The notes: a model not told the origin generated them from the sequence alone. DNA of 64,000 nucleotides from Bryobacterales bacterium (GCA_965238125.1 OZ250179.1:2406723-2470722); one strand, 5' to 3'. Shown: positions 10,195 through 19,714, numbered from the stretch's first letter. Numbers and translations are program-made.

Positions 10195-11127
10195 ATGACT
10201 CTGCTGACGAGTTACTTCCCCCGGCCCCGGGCCTTTACGGCCTTGATGATTCTTATGCTCGTGTTGACCGCGAGCGCACAGGCAGGCGACATCCGCGTCA
10301 CTGTCTGGGACGAACGCCAACCGACACAAGCGAAGGCCTACGACAATTTCTTGGGCAATGAGATTGCCGCCTATCTGAAATCAAGCCCGGGCCTCACGGT
10401 GCGCTCCTTCGGGCTCGACGACCCCGACCAAGGCATTTCCGACGCCACCCTCGCCGATACCGATGTTCTGATCTGGTGGGGGCATGTGCGCCACCCCGAG
10501 ATCTCCGTTGCGACCGCGCGCAAGATCGCCGACCGCGTCAAGGCCGGCACGCTCGCCTATATTCCGCTGCACTCGGCGCACTGGGCCGAGCCCTTCAGGC
10601 AGACGATGTACGATCGCACCCGCGCCGACGCCAAACGGCGCTTCGCCGATAAGCACACGAAATTCGAATTCATCGAGCCGCCCGGCCGTATGCCGCCGAC
10701 CTATGATTCGCTGGTCACCCCCGCCTTCTACGCCTTCAAAGGCGGTGGCGGCGTCAAGCAAGTTCGCGTCGACCTGCCGAACTGCGTCTTCCCCGGCGTT
10801 CGCGCCGACGGCAAGCCCAGCAAGGTCACTACCCTGGCGCCAAGCCATCCGATCGCCGCCGGCATCCCGACCGTTTTCACGATCCCGCAGACCGAGATGT
10901 ACGGCGAGCCCTTCCACATTCCCGAGCCCGACGTATTGATTTTCCGTGAGGACTTCCAAGAGGGCGGTTGGTTCCGAGCCGGGATGCTATGGAACGTCGG
11001 CAAGGGCAAGGTGTTCTATTTCCGACCGGGTCATGAAATCTTCCCGGTCTTCAAGGAAAAATACCCGCTGCGGATCATCGAGAACGCCGTGCGCTGGTTG
11101 GCCACGCAACTCGAGACAGCCCCGTAG
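10195..11127 (+). CDS. ThuA domain-containing protein, secreted
   Basis: ATG 10195 follows aggaaa and gives the signal peptide MTLLTSYFPRPRAFTALMILMLVLTASAQA. IRVTVWDE..DVLIWWGHVRH is ThuA-like. Confidence 0.8.
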   Translation: MTLLTSYFPRPRAFTALMILMLVLTASAQAGDIRVTVWDERQPTQAKAYDNFLGNEIAAYLKSSPGLTVRSFGLDDPDQGISDATLADTDVLIWWGHVRHPEISVATARKIADRVKAGTLAYIPLHSAHWAEPFRQTMYDRTRADAKRRFADKHTKFEFIEPPGRMPPTYDSLVTPAFYAFKGGGGVKQVRVDLPNCVFPGVRADGKPSKVTTLAPSHPIAAGIPTVFTIPQTEMYGEPFHIPEPDVLIFREDFQEGGWFRAGMLWNVGKGKVFYFRPGHEIFPVFKEKYPLRIIENAVRWLATQLETAP

Positions 11128-11149
11128 ACAGGCCCTCCCAAGCAAAACA

Positions 11150-11176
11150 GCCCGCCGATCGGGAGAACCGGCGGGC
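11150..11176. terminator. GC hairpin between convergent genes
   Basis: gcccgccg / 11-nt loop / cggcgggc, an 8-bp perfect stem, between the stop at 11127 (+) and the stop at 11220 (-). No U-tract. Confidence 0.4.
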
Positions 11177-11219
11177 CGAGGATGCGCCCGCGAAGGCGCG
11201 ATATCTTTGCGGACGCCGG

Positions 11220-12203
11220 CTATCGGCGTGCCACCAGGCGGAGAGGCTCGGAAGTGATCGCGGTGACTTTGCCGTTCAGCGCGAGCACCACGATCTTGCG
11301 GCCCTCCTTGGTGCGGAAGGTGTACTTTTCGGTGTAGTCTTGCCCGAAGATGCCCTTGAGAACCATCAAGGGTGTGCCGAATCGCTCGATCACCGCCGCG
11401 ACATCTTCGCCCAACTCGATCTCGATGTCGTCGTCGGCAGTTTCATCGAGCGCTTGGGTTGCCTCGGCGGGTGCGGGTGCGTTCGCGCCGACCTTCAAAG
11501 GGGCCGCGAAGATCCGGGTCGGGCCCGTGAACGGCGTCGTACCTGGCGAGTGCGCGGCGGCTGTATCGGAGGCGGTCTCCGATTCGACGGTCTCTTGGGC
11601 GGCCGGCTCCGCCGCCGAGTTCGATGCGGCCGCGGCCGTCTTGTCGTCAGCCTCGGCTTCCTTTTCCTTCGCCGGCTGTCTTACCGGCTGAGGAGCCGCT
11701 CGCGAAGCTCCGCGGACCGGCGATGAACGCGGCCCGTTGCCGGAGTTGCCAACGTCCCACTGGATGGGCTTCTCGGCGTCTCCGCCGGATTGCGAACCGG
11801 TCGCTCCGCGTACGCGCACCGTCGTGCCGGTCTTTGCGCGGGCGTTCGAAGCCGGAACTCCCGAAATCACCACGCCGCCCTTGATCGTTCGTCGGCTCGA
11901 ACCCGTCGACAGCGTGGCCTGATCACGCTTGGGCAGCTTAATGACGGTCTTCGGCGCTAGGTCGTCCTCTGCAAATTCCGGACTCTTGCGCGGGGACGCA
12001 TTGACCGTTCCGCCGGACTTGCCGGCCGAGTCGGTCGTTCCCTTGAGGGAGGATAAGATGCCTCCAACACCCGCACCGGCTCCGACACCTGCGGCGCCCG
12101 CTCGCGCGACGTTAATTGAATAGCCGACGAAAGCCTGTGCTTGGAGCCACGCCGGAGCCGCGAATAAGACGCAGATTGCCGTGAGAATGACCATCGATCG
12201 CAT
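11220..12203 (-). CDS. Hypothetical secreted protein, low-complexity Ala/Gly/Ser-rich with structured C-terminus
   Basis: Signal peptide MRSMVILTAICVLFAAPAWLQAQA. The 327-aa ORF has no competing ORF with protein-like sequence. Confidence 0.6.
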   Translation of the reverse strand: MRSMVILTAICVLFAAPAWLQAQAFVGYSINVARAGAAGVGAGAGVGGILSSLKGTTDSAGKSGGTVNASPRKSPEFAEDDLAPKTVIKLPKRDQATLSTGSSRRTIKGGVVISGVPASNARAKTGTTVRVRGATGSQSGGDAEKPIQWDVGNSGNGPRSSPVRGASRAAPQPVRQPAKEKEAEADDKTAAAASNSAAEPAAQETVESETASDTAAAHSPGTTPFTGPTRIFAAPLKVGANAPAPAEATQALDETADDDIEIELGEDVAAVIERFGTPLMVLKGIFGQDYTEKYTFRTKEGRKIVVLALNGKVTAITSEPLRLVARR

Positions 12204-12340
12204 AGAGACCTCCGTCCCAGTACGATGCTAGCAGAGTATCGGGTTTAACACCATACAGAGAAACACTTACGCCGCCTGGGACCGGGTAATACGGGGCTGT
12301 GAAGAGATCGGGTCGAGCTCGTCGACGCCTTTGAAACGGA

Positions 12341-13216
12341 TCAGCCTCGCATGCGCCCGATCAGGCGTTTCAACTCGGCGCGCATGGCCGAGATCGAGGG
12401 CGCGTGGTAACGACGACCATGCCCGGGCAGCACCCACTCGAAATCGAATTCCAGCAGCAGCTCCATGGAGTGGGTCTGCCGGCCCCAGTCGTACCAACAA
12501 ACCCGCGGCGAAGCATGCAGACCGTTGACATTCGGAGACCACCAGAGATGATCGCCGGTAAAGAGAACTTTGTCGCGGTAAAGGTAGGCCAGGCTGCCGG
12601 CCGTGTGGCCGGGTACGGGGATGGCGAGAAGATCATCGTCGAGCGGGGTGGGCCGGTCGATGTCGAGTTGCCGTTCTATTCCGCTTGTGGCGCGGGAGAC
12701 TTCCTGACGGTGGATCACGCGCTCACATCCGAACACCGCGCGGAACCGGGCGTGGTCGGCGATGTCGTCCCGGTGAGTGAGCAGCATGCGGTCGACGCCG
12801 CCAAGGTCGCTGATCCGGCGGAGCAACGGACCGGCGGCGCGCGGGGAATCGACCAGGACGTTTCCTTGCGGCCTTTGGAGCAGGTAACTCGACGCCCCAA
12901 ACGAAGACGCCGACGTGTAGCCGCAATAGGACACGTTGTCGACGACCGGCTCGGGAAAGGCCCGCGCGGCCGCTCGGGCGAGGGCCGGGCCGAGCGTTCC
13001 GATGGAACTTGTGGGACAGGCGACCAGCGCCATGCGGGCGCGTTCGGCCTCGGGCGGTTCGGCGGGCTGGCGGCTGACGTAGGACATCTCGGAGGCGTCG
13101 GAACGAGCAAAGACATTGGGCGCGAGCTGGCGGCAAGTGTCGCAGTCGATGCAGGTGTCATCGACGTAGAAATCGCCCGGGACGTTCTCGGCAAGTCGTT
13201 TCTCGATCGAGGCCAT
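12341..13216 (-). CDS. Ferredoxin-domain / MBL-fold metallo-hydrolase fusion
   Basis: N-terminus FYVDDTCIDCDTCRQLAP (Fe-S ferredoxin-type Cys cluster), followed by LLTHRDDIADH, VPGHTAGSLAYLY and FTGDHLW (MBL fold). Confidence 0.8.
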   Translation of the reverse strand: MASIEKRLAENVPGDFYVDDTCIDCDTCRQLAPNVFARSDASEMSYVSRQPAEPPEAERARMALVACPTSSIGTLGPALARAAARAFPEPVVDNVSYCGYTSASSFGASSYLLQRPQGNVLVDSPRAAGPLLRRISDLGGVDRMLLTHRDDIADHARFRAVFGCERVIHRQEVSRATSGIERQLDIDRPTPLDDDLLAIPVPGHTAGSLAYLYRDKVLFTGDHLWWSPNVNGLHASPRVCWYDWGRQTHSMELLLEFDFEWVLPGHGRRYHAPSISAMRAELKRLIGRMRG

Positions 13217-13318
13217 GACGTGTTCGGTTAGGCGCGGTTTGGCGACGACACTTGGAGGGAGGCGGTGCGCTTCCCTGCCCTGCTCAGCCCCACTCCCTCC
13301 TTTCGTACCATGGCCGCT

Positions 13319-13786
13319 TCAACTCCACTGATGATAAGCCGGGTGGCCGGACTTGACGGCGACGAAGGTCGCCTCGCAGGTGGCGCAGGCTTTTTCGCCC
13401 GAGAATAGCCGGGCCTCGATGCGAGCGCGGTCCTCCTTAATTTCGACGGCTTTCGCGACCAGTCGCACCGCGCGATCGACCGGCGTGGGGCGCAGCAGTT
13501 TCACGGCATACTCAGCCGTGACCGTACAGGACGGAGCCTCGGCCCCGGCGCGGCGCATCAGCTCCCAAGCGGCGGTCCAATTGGAATGGCAGTCGAGCAG
13601 AGTGCCGATGATGCCGCCGCAGAGAACGCCGGGAAAGGCGTGATGTTGGGGCGCGGGCGTCCAATCCGCGATCACCTCGGCCTCGCGGACGTAGCTTTGG
13701 ATGCGCAGGCCCTCGCGATTGGCTGGCCCGCAACCGAAGCAGATGCTGTTGGGAGCGTAGGCGAGTTGCAGCGAAGGTTCCGACAT
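13319..13786 (-). CDS. PaaI/hotdog-fold thioesterase-like protein
   Basis: MSEPSLQLAYAPNSICFGCGPANREGLRIQ..HHAFPGVLCGGIIGTLLDCH. The internal ATG at 13786 is preferred to the ORF-track start at 13858. Confidence 0.7.
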   Translation of the reverse strand: MSEPSLQLAYAPNSICFGCGPANREGLRIQSYVREAEVIADWTPAPQHHAFPGVLCGGIIGTLLDCHSNWTAAWELMRRAGAEAPSCTVTAEYAVKLLRPTPVDRAVRLVAKAVEIKEDRARIEARLFSGEKACATCEATFVAVKSGHPAYHQWS

Positions 13787-13878
13787 GATTCGCAGAGTAC
13801 CGCAGGCGGGCGAGTCGGCGCAAAAGGGGGTGGAACGGCCTGTGCTTCCGTTTGGCATTGGAGCGGTCGGTCGGTGGG

Positions 13879-13924
13879 GGATGTCGCCACGAATGGCGAC
13901 ACGACTCGCCTGGAGGCGCGCGCC
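13879..13924 (+). repeat. Intergenic hairpin repeat, family 1
   Basis: ggatgtcgccacgaatggcgacacgactcgcctggaggcgcgcgcc. Stem tgtcgcca/tggcgaca with a cgaa loop. Confidence 0.8.
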
Positions 13925-13976
13925 GCGTCCGCCGCCGAGAATAGAGACTTGCCCTGGTCGACGATAATGAATCGAG

Positions 13977-14861
13977 ATGCACGCTTACGTGCTTTATAAC
14001 GATCAGATTGTGCGCGCGACTGACGCGATCTTGCGTCCGGGGCAGCTCGGTTTGTTGGCCGGTTGGGGGGTGTTCACCACGCTGCGAATCTACGAGGGCG
14101 CGCCTTTTGCCTTTGATCGCCATTGGCAACGGATGGAGCGCGACGCCGCGTTGCTGCGCATCGATTTGCGGCTTAACCCCGACGACGTTGAGGCCGATCT
14201 GATCAAACTGGCGGCGGCCAACAACGCTCCCGAGTCCACCCTGCGGCTGTGCGTCTTTCGCAGCGAAGGCGGTTTCTGGGCCGGGCCGGGTTCGGGGAAT
14301 ACATCCGACCTGGTGGCGATGACGAATGATTTGCAGCATTGGAAGGACTCGGTTTCGCTTGGAGTTTCGGAAAACGCCCGATTCGCGGCGTCGCCATTCG
14401 CCGGGACGAAGACCCTGTCGTGGGCGCATAACCTGACTCTTGTCGAGGCCGCGCACGCCGAGGGTTTTGACGAGACGATTCTGCTCAACGAACGCCGTGA
14501 AGTCGCCGAATGTACCTCGGCGAATCTGTTCGCGGTTCACGACGGGACCACCTATACCCCGCCGTTGTCTTCGGGACCGCTTCCGGGAGTGACTCGCGCC
14601 TTGCTGCTCGAGGAAATCGATATCACCGCAGCGCCGGTTAAGGAACGAGTACTTTCGCTCGACGATCTATTCGACGCCGACGAAGTTTTCATCACCTCGA
14701 CGACCAGCGAACTGCTGCCGGTCAGCCGCATTCTCGATCGCGCGGTTGGTCCGGGGGCGGCGGGGCCGTGGCCGGTGATGGAGAGATTGCGCGGCGGGCT
14801 GCGGGAGTACATTCGAGCTTACGTTGAGGTCTGCGGGGGTGCCGAGGAGAGGGCAAAGTAA
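13977..14861 (+). CDS. Class IV aminotransferase (branched-chain / D-amino-acid / ADC-lyase family)
   Basis: 294 aa. Contains ETILLNERREVAECTSANLFAVHDGTTYTPPLSSGPLPGVTRALLLE. Confidence 0.85.
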   Translation: MHAYVLYNDQIVRATDAILRPGQLGLLAGWGVFTTLRIYEGAPFAFDRHWQRMERDAALLRIDLRLNPDDVEADLIKLAAANNAPESTLRLCVFRSEGGFWAGPGSGNTSDLVAMTNDLQHWKDSVSLGVSENARFAASPFAGTKTLSWAHNLTLVEAAHAEGFDETILLNERREVAECTSANLFAVHDGTTYTPPLSSGPLPGVTRALLLEEIDITAAPVKERVLSLDDLFDADEVFITSTTSELLPVSRILDRAVGPGAAGPWPVMERLRGGLREYIRAYVEVCGGAEERAK

Positions 14862-14884
14862 CCGGGCGGCCGCTGGGGGGCTTT

Positions 14885-14923
14885 CATCCAGGCGAGCCGT
14901 GTCGCCATTTGTGGCGACATGTC
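14885..14923 (-). repeat. Intergenic hairpin repeat, family 1 (inverted orientation)
   Basis: The reverse complement reads gacatgtcgccacaaatggcgacacggctcgcctggatg. Confidence 0.8.
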
Positions 14924-15637
14924 TTTTCCAACCCCCTCCCGAGCGCATCGGGGCATCAGGCCTGCCGTCCCTGTGCCATATGGCAAGAAGGTAAGGGCGG
15001 CAGGAACCCCCCACCTGATTCTTCCGCCCGGCCACCCCCATTTTCACGGCGGTATGATGAATGCCGCAGTTTCACAAAAACGGGACTGAAACCCGAGCCG
15101 ACCGCAAAAACGTCATGTCGATTGTTCGCGTATTCAACGAATCAAAACAGGTCCCGGTCGCCGACCGCGTCACACTCACCGATACGAGCCAGACACGCCG
15201 AACCGGGCTGCTGAAACACGAGAGCCTTCCCAAGGGGGAGGTCTCCAGGCCTGCCCATTCCTCGATCCGCCCATAAGCCGGCGGGCAGCGATCAACCCGG
15301 CTCCCGCCGCGGGGTCGACTTAATACCGGCCCTGGGCGCAAGCCCGGGGATGGAATATCCGTACCCCCACCGCCTCCGGCCCTGGGCGAACGCCCGGCAA
15401 CGCCGGGCGTTCGGGGGCTTGGGGCGGGGCCAAAGACCGGCCGCCAAGCGGCCGGTCCCCGTAGCGACCCGGCCCACGGCTCACGGCCCACGGCTCACGT
15501 ACCCCGGCGACACGGAATGCGACACGGAATCCCATCACGCGAGTAAAGAAAATATTTCCCCTTTATTCCCAACAACTTAGAAAATTCAACCCCCCGCTAC
15601 CCTTCCACCCCTGCCTTATCCTGGTAACGAGGTAACC

Positions 15638-16468
15638 ATGGCCACCAACAAGCAAACCCGCGCCAACCGCGAAAACGCCAAAAAATCCACCGGACCACGC
15701 ACCGCCGGCGGAAAAACCCGCTCTTCCAAAAACGCTCTCAAGCACGGCCTGCTCTCCCAAGACTCCGTCCTGCCCGGCGAAGCCCCCGAAGAATTCGACC
15801 GTCAACTCACCGCCATCGAGGACTGGGTTCTCCCCCGCAACCCGCTGGAACGCGAAATCTGCCGCCAAATCACCGACGCCGCCTGGCGCATGCAGCGCCT
15901 CTCCCGCATCGAGACCGCTATCATCACCGCCAACATCAACCACACCCGCCGCCACAACCGCCAGTTCCACCCCGACGTCGAACTCGACCGCCAAGGCCGC
16001 ACCAAGCTGCTCGGCGAAGCCATGATCGGCCACACCAACTCCGTCGTCCAACTCTCGCGCTACGACGGACATCTCACCCGCCGCTTCTACCGCGCCGTCG
16101 AACTGCTCACCGAGATCCGCCAAGGCGAGCGAAAATCCCGCGAGGCCCGCGAGGCCCGCAACAAAGGCGATCACGGCTTCGACGTCTACAGCCCCACCGC
16201 CCCGCCCGAGTTTCAGCATCAATACATCCCCGCCAAGCCCGACGTAATAAACCGTGCCGCCCCCAACCGAGCCGTCCCAAACCGAGCCGCGAACGTAAGT
16301 GAGCGGTATCAGACGAACCCTCAAGACCATAGGGAAGGCGGCGGACCCGAAGCATCCCACGACCCCGTCCCCACCAGCCACCGCGTCCCCACCAACGACC
16401 CGGTCAACCCACCCACCGCCGAAACCCCCGCCACAACGCCCGCGAAAGCGCCGCCACTCCTACGCTAG
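15638..16468 (+). CDS. Hypothetical protein (conserved-looking N-terminus NKQTRANRENAKKSTGPRTAGGKTRSSKNALKHGLL)
   Basis: 276-aa ORF with almost exclusively C-ending codons. The opposite-strand ORF 15563..16381 is Gly-rich nonsense. Confidence 0.6.
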   Translation: MATNKQTRANRENAKKSTGPRTAGGKTRSSKNALKHGLLSQDSVLPGEAPEEFDRQLTAIEDWVLPRNPLEREICRQITDAAWRMQRLSRIETAIITANINHTRRHNRQFHPDVELDRQGRTKLLGEAMIGHTNSVVQLSRYDGHLTRRFYRAVELLTEIRQGERKSREAREARNKGDHGFDVYSPTAPPEFQHQYIPAKPDVINRAAPNRAVPNRAANVSERYQTNPQDHREGGGPEASHDPVPTSHRVPTNDPVNPPTAETPATTPAKAPPLLR

Positions 16469-16500
16469 CCGACGCTAGCCGACGCTAGCCGACGCTAGCC
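16461..16500. repeat. 4 x 10-bp perfect tandem repeat (gacgctagcc)
   Basis: tacgctagcc gacgctagcc gacgctagcc gacgctagcc. The first unit contains the TAG stop of the preceding CDS. Confidence 0.9.
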
Positions 16501-16873
16501 GCCGAACGCGGCCCGAAACAACCGAACCCACCCCCCAACGCCACATCTCCATCCAAAATCCCCCAAAAACACCCCAAAACCCCACTTCCCGCCAATCCAC
16601 CACCCCAAGACCCTCTCCAAGCGCCCCCGACCCAAGCCCCCGCCCGCAATCCGCCCTCGTCATGGTCGCACCCAGGCCGGCCACGAGCTTCCAAACCCCC
16701 CGACGCTCAGCCCAATAATCATACAAATAGGTTAATATCAATAACTTAACAACCAACCTCCCTCGCCCCTAAAATCGACCATACGAACCCAACTCCATCC
16801 CCTCGGGGTCCCCATCGTCACACTGCGGGACCTCTCGGGGTGTGCGACTTAAATGTGGAAAAGTAAGCCCGGC

Positions 16874-16902
16874 AGCCCGGTTCACCGTCGGTGAACCGGG
16901 CT
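16874..16902 (-). terminator. 13-bp stem hairpin about 20 nt downstream of the oxidoreductase stop
   Basis: agcccggttcacc gtc ggtgaaccgggct, a perfect palindrome. No U-tract. Confidence 0.5.
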
Positions 16903-16922
16903 GGATTCCGGGCCTATTCTCG

Positions 16923-17951
16923 CTAGGGAAGGATCACAACTTTTCCGAATTGGCCTTTGCTTTCGAGGTGCTCGTGGGCCGCTCTTAGGTCGGCCAGCGG
17001 GAATGTTCGGTCGATGACGGCTTTGAGTTTGCCCGCGCCGATGAGCTTCAGCACGTCGTGCAGCTCGCCGAGGGTCCCCATGAAGGTTCCATTGAGACTC
17101 AGGTGCCGAAAGAAAAGGTGGTGGATGCTGAGGCTGACTTCGCCGCCGGTGGTCGCGCCGCAGGTGACGAGGCGTCCGCGATTGGCCAGTGACGCCGTCG
17201 AATGCGCCCAGGTCGCCGCTCCGACGTGTTCGAAAACGATGTCGACGCCGCGCTTCCCCGTCAGCCGGCGGACTTCCGACTTGATGTCTTGCTCGTAGTG
17301 GTCGATGACCTCGTCGGCGCCGAGTTCTTGCGCCTTGGCCATCTTGGCCTCGCCCCCGGCGGTTGCGATCACGCGGCAATGATGCAGCTTGGCGATTTGA
17401 ATGGCCGCCGTGCCCACTCCGCTGCTTCCGCCTACCACAAGGACGTCCTCGCCCATCTTGATCTTGGCGACGCCGACGAGCATGTGCCAGGCAGTGAGAA
17501 ACACCAGCGGGACGGCCGCCGCTTCCTCGAAGCTCAGCTCGCCGGGAATCGGAATGGCGTTGACACCGGGGACCGCGACGTATTCGGCATTGACGCCGGG
17601 GTGCGCGTAGCCGAGCAGTCCGTAGCGGCGGCAGGCATTGTCATTTCCAGAGACGCAAGCGGAACATTGGCGGCAACTCAGACCGGGAGCGAGCAGCACG
17701 CGATCACCGGGCTTGAAACGGCCCGCCACTTCCCCGACTTCGACGACCTCGCCCGAGGCGTCGCTTCCCAAGGTATGCGGCATGTCGAGCTTCAAGCCCG
17801 GCAAGCCGCCGCGGATGAACAAGTCGAGATGGTTGAGCGCGCAGGCTTTGACCTTGACCAGCACTTGATCGGGACGAATCTTTGGTTCCGGCGCGTCTTC
17901 GTATTGCAGAACTTCGGGACCACCGTGCTCGTGAATGCGGACTGCTTTCAT
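16923..17951 (-). CDS. Zinc-type alcohol dehydrogenase / quinone oxidoreductase (MDR superfamily)
   Basis: MKAVRIHEHGGPEVLQYEDAPEPKIRPDQVLVKVKACALNHLD plus the nucleotide-binding stretch VLVVGGSSGVGTAAIQIA. Confidence 0.85.
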   Translation of the reverse strand: MKAVRIHEHGGPEVLQYEDAPEPKIRPDQVLVKVKACALNHLDLFIRGGLPGLKLDMPHTLGSDASGEVVEVGEVAGRFKPGDRVLLAPGLSCRQCSACVSGNDNACRRYGLLGYAHPGVNAEYVAVPGVNAIPIPGELSFEEAAAVPLVFLTAWHMLVGVAKIKMGEDVLVVGGSSGVGTAAIQIAKLHHCRVIATAGGEAKMAKAQELGADEVIDHYEQDIKSEVRRLTGKRGVDIVFEHVGAATWAHSTASLANRGRLVTCGATTGGEVSLSIHHLFFRHLSLNGTFMGTLGELHDVLKLIGAGKLKAVIDRTFPLADLRAAHEHLESKGQFGKVVILP

Positions 17952-18033
17952 GGGGTACTCTCCTGTTACGGGCCGACCCGACCGGCGGGAGGCGGCAAGT
18001 CACGTATTATAATGGCTGTCGGGAGCCAAGCTT

Positions 18034-18951
18034 ATGCCTCGCCCCATGGACGTTTACGAAGAATTGGTTCACCTGCGCCGGATCGGACAGAAAGCCGCGC
18101 TGGCGACAATCGTCGAGGTGCAGGGATCGATTCCCAGCGCTCAGAGTGCCAAGCTGTTGGTTCGCGAGGACGGCTCGATGGTCGGAACCATCGGCGGGGG
18201 CTGCACCGAGGCCGAAGTCTGGAACGCCGCCCGCGAGGTGATGGAGAACGAGCGTCCGCAGCGGCTGCGCTTTGATCTGGGCCAGGACGCCGCCTACGAC
18301 CAGGGGCTGATCTGCGGCGGGCAATTGGAGGTTTACATCGAACCCATTCTCCCCATCCCCAGCGCCTTCATTTTTGGCGGCGGACATATTTCGAAAAGCC
18401 TCTCGAAAGTCGCCACGCTGGCCGGCTTTCGCACGACGATCATCGACAACCGCGAAGCCTACGCCAACCGCGAGCGCTTCCCCGAGGCCGTCGAGATCCA
18501 CGCCGAGGAATACGAGGACGTCTTCCCCAAGCTCGAGATCCACGAATCGTGTTACCTGGTCATCGTGACGCGTGGTCACAAGGACGATATGCGGATTCTG
18601 CGTTGGGCCATCGACCAACCGGCGCGCTATATCGGCATGATCGGCAGCAAGCGCAAGCTGGTCGAAATCGTGAAGAACTTCCAGGCCGAAGAAGGCATTC
18701 CCCCGGAAAAATTGGAACGCGTGCATTCGCCGATGGGTTTCGACATCGGCGCCGTGACGCCCGAGGAAATCGCCGTGTCGGTGGTCGGAGAGATGATCCA
18801 CTGGCGGCGGCGTCCCGATGCTGGGTGGAACGCGATTTCGAAGGCGCTGTTCGCCAAGGGTATGCCGGAAGCGGCGGCTGCGGAAACCGACGCCGCCGGG
18901 TGCGACGACAGCGCCGCCCCGAAAAAAAAAGTGCCGGCTGAGACGAAGTGA
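18034..18951 (+). CDS. XdhC/CoxI-family molybdoenzyme maturation protein
   Basis: AALATIVEVQGSIPSAQSAKLLVREDGSMVGTIGGGCTEAEV plus a Rossmann-like C-terminal half (FIFGGGHISK..VIVTRGHKDD). Confidence 0.85.
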   Translation: MPRPMDVYEELVHLRRIGQKAALATIVEVQGSIPSAQSAKLLVREDGSMVGTIGGGCTEAEVWNAAREVMENERPQRLRFDLGQDAAYDQGLICGGQLEVYIEPILPIPSAFIFGGGHISKSLSKVATLAGFRTTIIDNREAYANRERFPEAVEIHAEEYEDVFPKLEIHESCYLVIVTRGHKDDMRILRWAIDQPARYIGMIGSKRKLVEIVKNFQAEEGIPPEKLERVHSPMGFDIGAVTPEEIAVSVVGEMIHWRRRPDAGWNAISKALFAKGMPEAAAAETDAAGCDDSAAPKKKVPAETK

Positions 18952-19601
18952 AGCCTGCGGGCATTATCCTCGCGGCGGGCGAATCGAGCCGCATGGGGCG
19001 CGACAAGGCGTTGCTGCCCTATCGCGATACTACTTTCCTCAACAATATATTGAGCGGCTTTCTGCCGAGGCTGGACCCGGTGATTGTGGTGCTGGGCTGC
19101 CACGCCGAGGCTATCAGAGAGTCGATTCGTGCGCCGTCGGCTGAGCCCTCGATCGGGTCAGCAAGCGAGGAGTCGGGAGAGTCGACTGTCACGGTGGCCG
19201 AGGGGCGAGGGGTTCGAGTTGTTGTGAATCCTGATTATCGACGCGGCATGCTCTCGTCGTTGCAGACCGGCATCGCCGCCCTGCCCGCAACCGCCGAGGC
19301 GGCGATGTTTACGCTGGTCGACCACCCCGACGTCCGAGCGGAGACGCTCGACAAACTACTCGCCGTGTACCGCGAAACTGACGCCCAATTGGTCATTCCG
19401 CGAATAGGAGACCGCCGAGGACACCCCGTGATCGCCGCGCGAATTGTGCTGGAAGAGATCGCGCGGCTGCCGGCGGAGGCGTCGCCCAAAGACGTGATTC
19501 GCGCCCACCGAGAAGAGACGGTCCTTGTGGAGGTAGAGGACCACGGCATTCTGCGGGACATCGATACGCCGGGGGAGTACGAGAGGTTGGTCGGGAAGTA
19601 A
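18948..19601 (+). CDS. MobA/MocA-like nucleotidyltransferase (molybdenum cofactor nucleotidylyltransferase family)
   Basis: AGIILAAGESSRMGRDKALLPY. The GTG start overlaps the xdhC-like stop (gTGa), which suggests translational coupling. Confidence 0.8.
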   Translation: MKPAGIILAAGESSRMGRDKALLPYRDTTFLNNILSGFLPRLDPVIVVLGCHAEAIRESIRAPSAEPSIGSASEESGESTVTVAEGRGVRVVVNPDYRRGMLSSLQTGIAALPATAEAAMFTLVDHPDVRAETLDKLLAVYRETDAQLVIPRIGDRRGHPVIAARIVLEEIARLPAEASPKDVIRAHREETVLVEVEDHGILRDIDTPGEYERLVGK

Positions 19602-19714
19602 GAGGCCTACCCCTTATCCGCATTCGTGGATATATCCCGCGACTGTGGTGAGTTCATGGAGTGTCGGTCACTAGCAAGGCCGCGGTCGCCGCGGGGGCGA
19701 TCGTCGCCCGGCCC

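Noticed and set aside
16461-16500. The 10-bp tandem repeat as a phase-variation switch for the upstream gene
   Set aside because: The in-frame TAG lies in the first repeat unit, so a change in copy number would not alter the encoded protein.
18922-18930. A9 homopolymer as a frameshift or phase-variation site
   Set aside because: It lies 7 codons before the natural stop of the xdhC-like gene, and a slip would have minimal effect. There is no alternative-frame domain as there is in the IS630 cases.
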